Shown here: positions 15,376 through 23,362 of the stretch, in pieces | Numbering within the stretch: the first letter of the stretch is position 1 | Layout of the letters: every line of letters starts with the position of its first letter | Assembly (NCBI GenBank): GCA_037441475.1 | Contig: JBBISB010000001.1 | Coordinates: forward strand, 306,418-338,417 | Length of the DNA: 32,000 nucleotides | Source: Candidatus Iainarchaeum sp. | GTDB taxonomy: Archaea > Iainarchaeota > Iainarchaeia > Iainarchaeales > CSSED10-239 | Reading direction: 5' to 3' | Program-made: the position numbers and the translations under genes | The notes under the pieces: generated by a model | What the model was told of the DNA's origin: nothing | Databases searched by the model: none | Seen by the model: the letters and a program-made list of their open reading frames with translations, nothing else

Positions 15376-16140
15376 TTAATTTCCTTTTCCTTCAACCTCT
15401 TTTTCTAAGGCTTTTGCTCTTAACTCTGCCATGATAATCATTGGCTCAATTGTAAGGTCTGTTGCATATCCTGCTTCAACACCTAAGTTAATAGCTTGTC
15501 TTACTGCCATTATGAAGTTATTATATATTGTTTCAGCATCAACATCTAAAACTTCCTTTGAATAAACAATACCGTCTTCTTTGATAAAGACAACATCTAA
15601 TATTAATTCAACAGGTTTAATGTCAAGCTTTGCTAAGATACTTACAATATCTTCATTAATAACATCTCCTTCTTTTGCAATAACAGTGTCTTTAGTCACA
15701 TGTATTGTAGCTCCTTTAACTTGAGCCTTAATACCAACTTTTTTAAGATCTGAAAGTGCAGGACCAGGTGCAAGACCAGTATCTCCTTCAGGAACAACAA
15801 TATCAATTGGTGATAACATACCAACCTTTGCTTTAGATCTTGATTTATTTTTCTTAATAGAAGAATAAATTTCAAAAGCATTTTGGTTTGATAAAATCAA
15901 TATTGGTTGATTAGGTAATTTTTCAATCATATCTTTTTGATTTACTTTTTCAAGTGCCATCTTTAAGATATTTCTATTTGTTACCTTGAAGTGTATATCA
16001 GGAGTGTTCTTTCTTAACTTATGAAGTAATGCTGATGGAAAATTATTTAAGTCACCAATACCGATTGTTTGGTACTTACTTATAAGATCAGTAATACTGC
16101 CAAGTTCTTTTAATCTCCATGCTTTAAGATGTTTACTCAT
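15376..16140 (-). CDS. rpl10: 50S ribosomal stalk protein P0 (uL10), short form
   Basis: uL10 N-domain pattern (KAWRLKEL..., GLAPGPALSDLKKVGI). The ORF-track start at 16152 is GTG. The ATG at 16138-16140 sits 10 nt after GGAGGTG and 1 nt after the L1 stop. Confidence 0.85.
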   Translation of the reverse strand: MSKHLKAWRLKELGSITDLISKYQTIGIGDLNNFPSALLHKLRKNTPDIHFKVTNRNILKMALEKVNQKDMIEKLPNQPILILSNQNAFEIYSSIKKNKSRSKAKVGMLSPIDIVVPEGDTGLAPGPALSDLKKVGIKAQVKGATIHVTKDTVIAKEGDVINEDIVSILAKLDIKPVELILDVVFIKEDGIVYSKEVLDVDAETIYNNFIMAVRQAINLGVEAGYATDLTIEPMIIMAELRAKALEKEVEGKGN

Positions 16141-16141
16141 T

Positions 16142-16798
16142 TTATAAAGCACCTCCTACCTTAACAGGTGCACTCATAGTTGTTTTAAAAAGTATATCTT
16201 TAACATTCTGTTTACCATTTGGAAGTTTTTCTACAAGTGAGTTTAAAACTGCTAATGTATTTTCAGAAATATCAGCTGTAGTTTGACTTTTCTTTCCAAT
16301 CTTAAGCATTATAGAAACAGAAGATTTACTTTTTTTATTAGTAACTTTTACTTTTGTTAATTGAGCAGCAATTAATCCTTTAACAGCTTGCTCTGCTGGT
16401 GGCATAACAATAGGCATCTTACCTCTAGGACTTAAAACTTGTCCTAAAAACTTTCCTACTGTAAGCATTGCAGGTCCTTCTGCTAAAATTAAATCATGCT
16501 CGTTTGCAAGTTTCTTTGCATCTTTTTTTGATATTTTAGATATTTCTTCATCTGAAATAACTTTATCCACAATTCCTTTCAAAGACTCTAAATATTGTTT
16601 ATTCTTTACAAATGCCAATGTTTTTATCTTTGTTACGAATGGATGTGGTATTGTTACAAAATATTCAAACCTATGATCTTTATTTTTAACATTCATATTT
16701 TTGAAAGTAACAACAAGATCAACTGACTCATCAAAATTTCTTTTCTTTAATGTGGAGAAAAGAGTCTGGAGAGTAGTATCTAATGTTTTTTTATCCAT
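16142..16798 (-). CDS. rpl1: 50S ribosomal protein L1 (uL1)
   Basis: 218 aa. FDESVDLVV.., LGQVLSPRGKMP are L1 signatures. GGAGGTG lies upstream at 16809-16815. Confidence 0.9.
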   Translation of the reverse strand: MDKKTLDTTLQTLFSTLKKRNFDESVDLVVTFKNMNVKNKDHRFEYFVTIPHPFVTKIKTLAFVKNKQYLESLKGIVDKVISDEEISKISKKDAKKLANEHDLILAEGPAMLTVGKFLGQVLSPRGKMPIVMPPAEQAVKGLIAAQLTKVKVTNKKSKSSVSIMLKIGKKSQTTADISENTLAVLNSLVEKLPNGKQNVKDILFKTTMSAPVKVGGAL

Positions 16799-16966
16799 AC
16801 TTACATAGCACCTCCTGCTCTTTTAAGCAGTTATAACGGTTTTTTTTAAAAATATTTTAAAACTATTTTTAGAAAATAGTCTTAAAGTTTATAATATAAT
16901 AAAGGAGAGAAGTGTTTTTAAATGTATATTTTTAAGAAAAAAAAGAAGATTTTTATTTCTAAAAAT

Positions 16967-17815
16967 CTATTTTAAATACTTTAATGTATTTATGAAAATT
17001 GTTTCTGAAAGTCCTGGATCGTAATTAAAGTAGATTACTTTTCCAAGAAGCATTGGCTTTTCAACAATTGCAGGATAGTATGTACCTGTTCTTGCATCAA
17101 CCAAATAAGCAATTTCATTTCCTTCAACAGTAATTGGGAATGTCTCTGTATATATTAAACCAGCAGACTCTAAAGCAGGTACTCTTTCAATACCGTACAT
17201 TATCTTATAAGCTCCTTGCTTACTATTGTATCTGTTTGCGTGTATTACACCATTAACTCTTAACTGTTGCTTACAACTTGGTATATTGTAAAGAGTAGGG
17301 TTACATGCTACAGGAATGATATCACCAAAAGTTGGTTTCCAACCAATAACTGATGCATCTCCTGGTCTTTCAATACCAGAGTTTAAAACAATTATTAAAC
17401 TACCACCAGACTTAACAAAAGAAGTGATTGCCTCACCAGCTGTCCTTGTAATTGATTTGTCAGCAGATAAAGTTTGATCTAAAATAATAATATCATACCC
17501 CTTTATCCTCTCTGTAGGATTATACAAAAGAGCATCCATTGTTATATGTCTTTTTTCTTTAATAATGTCTTTGTTTTCAGCATTATTTAAAACCATTTGT
17601 AAATTAGGACTTGGAGAACCTATTACTAAAACAGCTGCACCTTTTCCTCCAAATAAATCTGAAGAACCAGAAAAGATATTTGTCTTAAAAGCAATAAGTA
17701 AAACAACTATAATAATTATTACAATTGGGATAATTCCTTCAAGTCTTAACTTAGAAGTACCTGATCTTTTTGAAGAACTTGACATTTCTTCGTTTAAATC
17801 GAATTCATCTGCCAT
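16967..17815 (-). CDS. hypothetical N-terminally membrane-anchored protein
   Basis: 282 aa with a single TM (IIPIVIIIIVVLLIAF) after a short acidic N-terminus. The extracytoplasmic part contains YDIIILDQ....AITSFVKSGGSLIIV, reminiscent of class-I glutamine-amidotransferase-like (non-catalytic) folds. That assignment is weak. Confidence 0.55.
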   Translation of the reverse strand: MADEFDLNEEMSSSSKRSGTSKLRLEGIIPIVIIIIVVLLIAFKTNIFSGSSDLFGGKGAAVLVIGSPSPNLQMVLNNAENKDIIKEKRHITMDALLYNPTERIKGYDIIILDQTLSADKSITRTAGEAITSFVKSGGSLIIVLNSGIERPGDASVIGWKPTFGDIIPVACNPTLYNIPSCKQQLRVNGVIHANRYNSKQGAYKIMYGIERVPALESAGLIYTETFPITVEGNEIAYLVDARTGTYYPAIVEKPMLLGKVIYFNYDPGLSETIFINTLKYLK

Positions 17816-17999
17816 TTTATTTTCACCTTTTAATATATTATAAAGTATATTTAACTTGTAAATATATATGTTTATAAACCTTATTTAAATATATCGTTAT
17901 TCCTACCAGTTAAAAAATTAACCTTAAAAACCTAAAATTTATAAACTAGTTGATACAATATATCAATAGTAGTTTTAATATTTAAGGGGGTTTTAAAAT

Positions 18000-18167
18000 A
18001 TGGGTTACTCACAAACTAATAAAAAAAATGGAAAAACATATTATCTTCACAAAAAAGGACATTTATTTTTCTTTTCTGCAGAGGCAAAGGATTCAATAGA
18101 TTTACCTTCACAGTATAAGGTTATTGAAAACCAAAGAACTGGTCTTCCAATGCTTAAAAAGAAATAG
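18000..18167 (+). CDS. small conserved-looking hypothetical protein (55 aa)
   Basis: Below the ORF-track length cutoff. ATG at 18000 is preceded by GGGGG 10 nt upstream. MGYSQTNKKNGKTYYLHKKGHLFFFSAEAKDSIDLPSQYKVIENQRTGLPMLKKK. The G.tYYLH...fFs....lP..y.v.E...tG.P.L+K pattern resembles a widespread small domain I recall but cannot name. Confidence 0.45.
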   Translation: MGYSQTNKKNGKTYYLHKKGHLFFFSAEAKDSIDLPSQYKVIENQRTGLPMLKKK

Positions 18168-18191
18168 TTTTCTTTTTAAAAAAAATAAAAA

Positions 18192-19439
18192 TTAAATATC
18201 AATAGACTTGATTTCAAGAAGTCTATTGTATTTACTTGTTCTCTCTCCTCTTGCAGGAGCTCCAAACTTAATATAGTCAGAGTTAATACCATAAGCTAAG
18301 TCTGAAATATAGTTATCCTCTGTCTCTCCTGACCTATGAGAAACAACAACCTTCCTGTTTGCTTTTCTAGCTATCTTAAAGGCCTCAAGACTTTCTGTTA
18401 AGGTGCCTATCTGGTTTACCTTTAATAAAAGAGAGTTACAATAGTTTTTCTTAATAGCATCTTTTATAAGCGCAGGGTTTGTAACTAAAAGATCATCTCC
18501 AACAACATTTATCTTATTGTTTATCTTTTTATTAAAATCTTTCCAAGCAAGCTTATCTTCTTCAGAGAAAGGATCTTCAATTGAGATTATATTATAATCC
18601 TTTATTAACTTAAGGTAATAATCAGAAAGCTCACTTGAAGAGTAATTTTTATTGTTTAAAAAATATTTTTTTGTTTTTTCATTATAGAAGGAATTTGCAG
18701 CACAATCAAGGGCTAAAGAGACCTCTTTTCTTGTATACCCTGCCTGCTTAATTGCCTTTTCAATTAAGATTAATGGGTTTTCTTCATTAACATCATTGAA
18801 ATTTGGAACAAACCCACCCTCATACCCAACATTTGTAGAAGAGGAGCCATACTCTTTTGAGATTATTTGTTTAAGAGAGTGATAAATCTCACTCATTGCC
18901 TTTACTGAATCTTCAAAATCATTAAACTTTGGAACTATTAAGTACTCTTGGAAGGCTATGTTAGAACCAGAGTGAAGCCCTCCGTTTATAATGTTTGAAA
19001 GTGGAGTTGGAAAGGAATATTTTTCATTTTTAATAAGTCTTGAGATGTATTTGTAAAGAGGCATGGAAAGCTCTTTTGAAGCTGCTCTTGAGACTGCAAG
19101 GCTTACTGAAAGAATAGCATTTGCTCCTAGTTTAGATTTGTTTAAAGTACCATCTATTTCAATTAATGTTTTATCTATATCTTCTTGATCTAAAACAAAC
19201 TTTCCTTTTAATTTTTTTGAAATAATGTTGTTTACATTATTAATGGCTTTTGAAACATCTTGCTTGAAATAATCCTTTGAAGATTTATCTCTTAGCTCAT
19301 AGGCTTCATAAAGACCAGCTGAAGTTCCTGAAGGAACAGAGGCTTCTCCAACTTCATTTTCTGTTCTTACAAATGTTTTGATTGTAGGAATTCCTCTAGA
19401 GTCAAGCACTCTAATTGCTTTGATTTCTTTTATTTCCAT
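18192..19439 (-). CDS. eno: enolase (phosphopyruvate hydratase)
   Basis: IKAIRVLDSRGIPTIKTFV N-terminus, SHRSGETED and KFGAPARGERTSKYNRLLEI motifs. The ORF-track start at 19451 is GTG. I prefer the ATG at 19439 (MEIKEIKAIRVLDSRG). Confidence 0.9.
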   Translation of the reverse strand: MEIKEIKAIRVLDSRGIPTIKTFVRTENEVGEASVPSGTSAGLYEAYELRDKSSKDYFKQDVSKAINNVNNIISKKLKGKFVLDQEDIDKTLIEIDGTLNKSKLGANAILSVSLAVSRAASKELSMPLYKYISRLIKNEKYSFPTPLSNIINGGLHSGSNIAFQEYLIVPKFNDFEDSVKAMSEIYHSLKQIISKEYGSSSTNVGYEGGFVPNFNDVNEENPLILIEKAIKQAGYTRKEVSLALDCAANSFYNEKTKKYFLNNKNYSSSELSDYYLKLIKDYNIISIEDPFSEEDKLAWKDFNKKINNKINVVGDDLLVTNPALIKDAIKKNYCNSLLLKVNQIGTLTESLEAFKIARKANRKVVVSHRSGETEDNYISDLAYGINSDYIKFGAPARGERTSKYNRLLEIKSIDI

Positions 19440-19447
19440 ATTAAATA

Positions 19448-20104
19448 TCACTTTTCTTTCTTTTTATAAAGCTTTTCATAATCTATATTAAGGTTGATTT
19501 TACCAATTGACTTGTTCATTAAATAGTTTTTTGCAAAGGACTTAAGTTTAGTGTAATCAAAGGTTTGTTTAGTTTCAAAAGAGTTTTTTAATTCCTTAAA
19601 ATCTAAAGAAACTGAATTTATGGTTTTAAGGTTACTGTCAAAAGATTCTTTGTTAAAGGTTATTTTTGGTTTTATAAGTAAAACATTTGCTTTACTGTAT
19701 TCTACAACATAGTAAGCATCAAGCCACACATCCTCACCAATAACAAGAGTTTTTTCAGTATTTAGTTTTGGTTTTATATTGTTTAAAAAATAGATTTTAA
19801 AATATTCATCAACATACTCTTTTGAAAGAAGGTATTTTTCTCTCCTTATCTCTTGATCAATCTCTGAAAGGGATTTTAAGTAATTTTCAGAGACATGGAA
19901 GATATTTTTAGAGGAGAAAAAAGAAGTTAGTTTGTTTTTTATAACTAAGTTTTTTCCAACCTCTTTGTTTAAACCAGTAACTAGATAAAGAGAGATTTTT
20001 TTTTCTTTTGCAAAAGAAGAAAGTTCTTGAAAGAAAGATACACTATTAAGATCTTGATTTTTAAGAGAACTTGTAAGGGTTAAAATTATATTTTTTATTT
20101 GCAT
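19448..20104 (-). CDS. hypothetical protein, HAD-like topology with degenerate motif I
   Basis: 218 aa. LYLVTG (motif II-like) and TLVIGEDVWLDAYYV (motif IV-like) are present. The N-terminal position of DxDxT reads IILTLTSS. Ends immediately upstream of enolase. Confidence 0.45.
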   Translation of the reverse strand: MQIKNIILTLTSSLKNQDLNSVSFFQELSSFAKEKKISLYLVTGLNKEVGKNLVIKNKLTSFFSSKNIFHVSENYLKSLSEIDQEIRREKYLLSKEYVDEYFKIYFLNNIKPKLNTEKTLVIGEDVWLDAYYVVEYSKANVLLIKPKITFNKESFDSNLKTINSVSLDFKELKNSFETKQTFDYTKLKSFAKNYLMNKSIGKINLNIDYEKLYKKKEK

Positions 20105-20247
20105 ATATTATCCATATAATAATACATTAGATAAATATTAAAAATAATGTTTTTTAAGGAAAAAACAAACAGAATTCATTTAAAAACCTTATTAGTGATA
20201 TGTAGATTTATAGGTTGTTTTTAAAAAATTGGAGAAAAGATTAGAAT

Positions 20248-20403
20248 ATGGGAAAATCTCTTGCAAGCGGAATAATAATGGGAATTGGTATTGGAATGTA
20301 TATACCTGATCTACCAGGAATATTAGCTAGGTTAAATGTATATCTAGGTTTAATATTAATAATAATAGGAATAATACTCTTAATTAATGCAGGAAAGGAC
20401 TAA
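20248..20403 (+). CDS. small two-TM membrane protein (51 aa), tentative
   Basis: Below the ORF-track cutoff. GGAG upstream. MGKSLASGIIMGIGIGMYIPDLPGILARLNVYLGLILIIIGIILLINAGKD. The 3' end overlaps the convergent gene's stop by 4 nt. Confidence 0.35.
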   Translation: MGKSLASGIIMGIGIGMYIPDLPGILARLNVYLGLILIIIGIILLINAGKD

Positions 20404-21353
20404 ACCTCTTTAGTCTTAATTTCTTGCTCAATATTTTTAAGAATTCCATCAATTTCATTTATAGATGGTTTAGGTTTTACAACTTCTTTCTTTTTACCTA
20501 TACCAAATAATCTTTTAAAGAAACCTGGTCTTTCTTCTTTAATAATAACAGGTTCTGTTTTAAAAGTATAATCAACATCATCAATCTTATCAAAGTTAAG
20601 CTCTTTTCTTTTAAAGTCATCTTTAAAGAAGCTATTTGTTTCTTTCTTTTCAAAGCTTATTGATTCAGAGGTGTTAATGTTTTTAAAGTTAGCAGCCCCC
20701 TTACCTTTAATCAAGTCATTTAAAAACAAAGAAAGGTCTTGTCTGTTTGAAGAAGATTGTTTTGAAAAAACCACATTTTGATTTATCAATTGTTTTAAAA
20801 CTTCTCTTATAAGGCCTTCTTCAAAACCTTCGTAAAGTAAAACACTATAAATATCTTCCTTTGAATAAAAGGCAGCCTTTGGTTTTAATACTTCACATAG
20901 TTTATTAATTTGTTTTAAACGCATTTCTTCTGTAGTTAACTTTCTTGTCGAAGAAACAACTGATTTAGATTTATCTTGATTATCTTGAAGAGTATAACTT
21001 TGTAATTTTGTTTTATAATTAGGATCAGAAGATAATATTTTAACAACACGATAATACTCTTGAGCATTTATAAACTGTTGAGAGACATATTCTTCAAAAA
21101 TAATTTTCTTTTGAGAGTAAAGAGCATCAACTCTTTTCATTTCATCTCTGAAATATAAATATTTTCTATAAAGTTTAGCAGGAGATGGTTTAAATAAAGG
21201 TAAGATAAGTACAATAAATACTAACAAAAGTATTAAAGCAAAAATAACAATTATAAAAATAAAAACAAAATCTAAAGAGATTGCATTCATAAAACTATCT
21301 TTAATGTTTTCATTATAAATTACAACTAAATCATTAAATATATTTAATATCAT
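20400..21353 (-). CDS. single-pass membrane protein with cytoplasmic domain and a MinD-MTS-like amphipathic motif
   Basis: 317 aa. TM FVFIFIIVIFALILLLVFIVLILPLF. SHOCT-like stretch RVDALYSQKKIIFEEYVSQQ. Near the C-terminus, ERPGFFKRLFGIGKKK. Last gene of the MinD cluster. Confidence 0.6.
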   Translation of the reverse strand: MILNIFNDLVVIYNENIKDSFMNAISLDFVFIFIIVIFALILLLVFIVLILPLFKPSPAKLYRKYLYFRDEMKRVDALYSQKKIIFEEYVSQQFINAQEYYRVVKILSSDPNYKTKLQSYTLQDNQDKSKSVVSSTRKLTTEEMRLKQINKLCEVLKPKAAFYSKEDIYSVLLYEGFEEGLIREVLKQLINQNVVFSKQSSSNRQDLSLFLNDLIKGKGAANFKNINTSESISFEKKETNSFFKDDFKRKELNFDKIDDVDYTFKTEPVIIKEERPGFFKRLFGIGKKKEVVKPKPSINEIDGILKNIEQEIKTKEV

Positions 21354-21383
21354 GCAACACCCCTTTTATTTTTTAAACATTAT

Positions 21384-21614
21384 TTAAACTGTTATCCAAA
21401 CTATGTTGTCCCCTCTTAATAATGTTTCTACATATTTTGTCTTAGTCTTGCCATCTTTAATTTCCTCGGCATCTTCCATAACAATATTCATATGCACATC
21501 AAAAGCTTTTAATTTACCTCTGATTTGAACATTTTCTTTTAATTGAACAAGCACTTGTTTGTTTATAGCATTATTTAACATATCAAATGGTCTTGTAATT
21601 TTTGATTCACTCAT
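21384..21614 (-). CDS. archaeal Sm-like (LSm) protein
   Basis: 76 aa. Sm1/Sm2 motifs: VLVQLKENVQIRGKLKAFDVHMNIVMEDAEE ... LLRGDNIVWI. Confidence 0.85.
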   Translation of the reverse strand: MSESKITRPFDMLNNAINKQVLVQLKENVQIRGKLKAFDVHMNIVMEDAEEIKDGKTKTKYVETLLRGDNIVWITV

Positions 21615-21628
21615 TTTTAATCACCTTA

Positions 21629-22414
21629 TTATTTATTTTTTGAAAATAATCTTTTTAAGAAAGCAAAAAAACCGCCTTTCTTTTCGTCTTTAATTTCAAC
21701 TTCTCTTCCAGACATTCTAACTGCTATATACCTAAAGGCATTTGCAGAAGAGCTATTAGGGTTGTGAACTAGAATTGGTTTTATCTTTTTAAGTAAAAAA
21801 GATTCTCTAATATCCGCACTATAAGGTATTTTTCCATAGCTTGGAACTTCAAGCATTTTCATAATTTCTTTTTCAGAGATTTCTCCCTTAACATCACTTA
21901 CTTTGTTTACAACAACACCCATTACTTTTTGATTTAATCTTTCACAAACTATTTTAACTTTAAAAACATCTGCAACAGATGGAGAGGTTGGTTCTGTTAT
22001 TAACAAAACTTGTGTTGATGCTGAGATTGCAGAAATAACGTTTTTATCAATTCCAGCAGGAGCATCAATCAATATATAATCATACTCTGAGATTAAACTT
22101 TTTGCAACAGATACTAATCTTTCAGCATCTACTCTTTGATAGTTAGAGATTGAAAGACCAGAAGGTATAATTTTTATTTTGTTAGGACCATCATAAACAG
22201 CATCTTGTGCTGAGGAAGAACCTAAAAGGATATCATGTAAGGTTATAGGGGGATTTTCAAGACCTATTAAAAGACTTAAGTTTGACATTGCAATATCTGC
22301 ATCTATTAACAAAACCTTAAAACCAAGATCGCTTAAAGCAATACCTAGATTTGCAGTTAATGTTGTTTTTCCAACACCGCCTTTACCTGATGCAATTGTT
22401 ATTATTTCGCCCAT
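21629..22414 (-). CDS. minD: archaeal-type MinD/ParA family P-loop ATPase with C-terminal amphipathic helix
   Basis: 261 aa. Deviant Walker A SGKGGVGKTT, LIDADIAMSNLSL, ILIDAPAGI. C-terminus KKGGFFAFLKRLFSKNK. Confidence 0.85.
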   Translation of the reverse strand: MGEIITIASGKGGVGKTTLTANLGIALSDLGFKVLLIDADIAMSNLSLLIGLENPPITLHDILLGSSSAQDAVYDGPNKIKIIPSGLSISNYQRVDAERLVSVAKSLISEYDYILIDAPAGIDKNVISAISASTQVLLITEPTSPSVADVFKVKIVCERLNQKVMGVVVNKVSDVKGEISEKEIMKMLEVPSYGKIPYSADIRESFLLKKIKPILVHNPNSSSANAFRYIAVRMSGREVEIKDEKKGGFFAFLKRLFSKNK

Positions 22415-22421
22415 ATTAATT

Positions 22422-22862
22422 TCACTTTATAACTTTTAAATAATTTTCTAAATCTTTAACAATAGCCATTACTTCTATCCTACTAAGACTATCGTTTGCT
22501 TTAATAAAATATACCTTCTCTGTATATTTAAAGATTATGTTCCATCCTTTTGATTCAATCAAGATAATGGAAAGATCTTTTATTTCTGTATTGATATAAT
22601 TATACATTGCAGCACTTTTAAAACCTTCTCTTAAGTCCTTTTCTGTACTTCCAATAACTATACCTTCAAGGTCAGTTACAATTATGTGATTTACTAAATG
22701 TTTATTTTTTAGTTTTAATAAAAAATCATCTAGGTTTTTAGAACATAGATTAACTGGCCTGTACTCAAGTAATGATTCAAGTTCTTTTGGAGTCTTTAGG
22801 TCATCAATATTTAAAACCTTATTTGAAATTTTAGTAAGTAAATTTGAAAGTATTCCGCTCAT
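22422..22862 (-). CDS. Roadblock/LC7 (MglB-like) family protein, tentative
   Basis: 146 aa. VNHIIVTDLEGIVIGST....SAAMYNYI....ILIES.. follows the Roadblock pattern (v.g.vv.d.dG..ias ... aa). Domain call by eye only. Confidence 0.4.
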   Translation of the reverse strand: MSGILSNLLTKISNKVLNIDDLKTPKELESLLEYRPVNLCSKNLDDFLLKLKNKHLVNHIIVTDLEGIVIGSTEKDLREGFKSAAMYNYINTEIKDLSIILIESKGWNIIFKYTEKVYFIKANDSLSRIEVMAIVKDLENYLKVIK

Positions 22863-22864
22863 GT

Positions 22865-23359
22865 TTATAACCTTAATAATTCTGTAATGTTGAACTTATC
22901 AAATAATTGTGATCTTGGATAAACTTCAACTATTTTGTCTTTTAAAATATTTTTAAATAATTCCTCTTTATAAGTAAAATTTATTTTTGAAAGTGATTTA
23001 GCATCTAAATTAAAAGAATGTTTTATCTTATCATTAAATATTAAAACTAACTTTAGTTGTTCTTCTGATAATTGATAGATGTTAAGTAAACCGTCACTGT
23101 AACTTAAGGAATTGAAACTTAAGTCTAAGGCGTTTTTACCAAACAACTCAGCATTGTAGGTGTTATTAATATAGATTGAACCAGCTACATTTCCTTTTAG
23201 AAAAAAAATGATACACTCTTCAAAGTTATGTGCTGAATGAATAGTAAGATATGTAAAACCAGTAAACTGCTTAGTGTTTAAATCCTGAAGCAATTTATTT
23301 GGTTCTATTAAATCTAAATAAACATTTTCCACTACTGGTTTTGAAATTGGTAAATTCAT
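22865..23359 (-). CDS. PATAN/DUF4388-like protein, tentative
   Basis: 164 aa. LIEPNKLLQDLNTKQFTGFTYLTIHS....ECIIFFLKGNVAGSIY.......FGKNALDL follows the DUF4388 pattern (l.dllq.l....tG.l.v....g.i.f..G.iv.A....G..Al). Domain call by eye only. Confidence 0.35.
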   Translation of the reverse strand: MNLPISKPVVENVYLDLIEPNKLLQDLNTKQFTGFTYLTIHSAHNFEECIIFFLKGNVAGSIYINNTYNAELFGKNALDLSFNSLSYSDGLLNIYQLSEEQLKLVLIFNDKIKHSFNLDAKSLSKINFTYKEELFKNILKDKIVEVYPRSQLFDKFNITELLRL

Positions 23360-23362
23360 AAT

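Noticed and set aside
15696-15881. 61-aa alternate-frame ORF inside P0
   Set aside because: It is embedded in the well-supported uL10 gene.
16809-16830. Small hairpin (CTGCT-6 nt-AGCAG) next to the GGAGGTG SD upstream of rpl1, considered as an L1 autoregulatory mRNA site
   Set aside because: It is only a 5-bp stem. I cannot show resemblance to the 23S L1-binding site by eye, so the evidence is insufficient.
17565-17843. Plus-strand 92-aa ORF antisense to the 282-aa membrane protein gene
   Set aside because: The minus-strand ORF is longer and has a coherent TM-plus-domain architecture. There are no start signals for the plus ORF.
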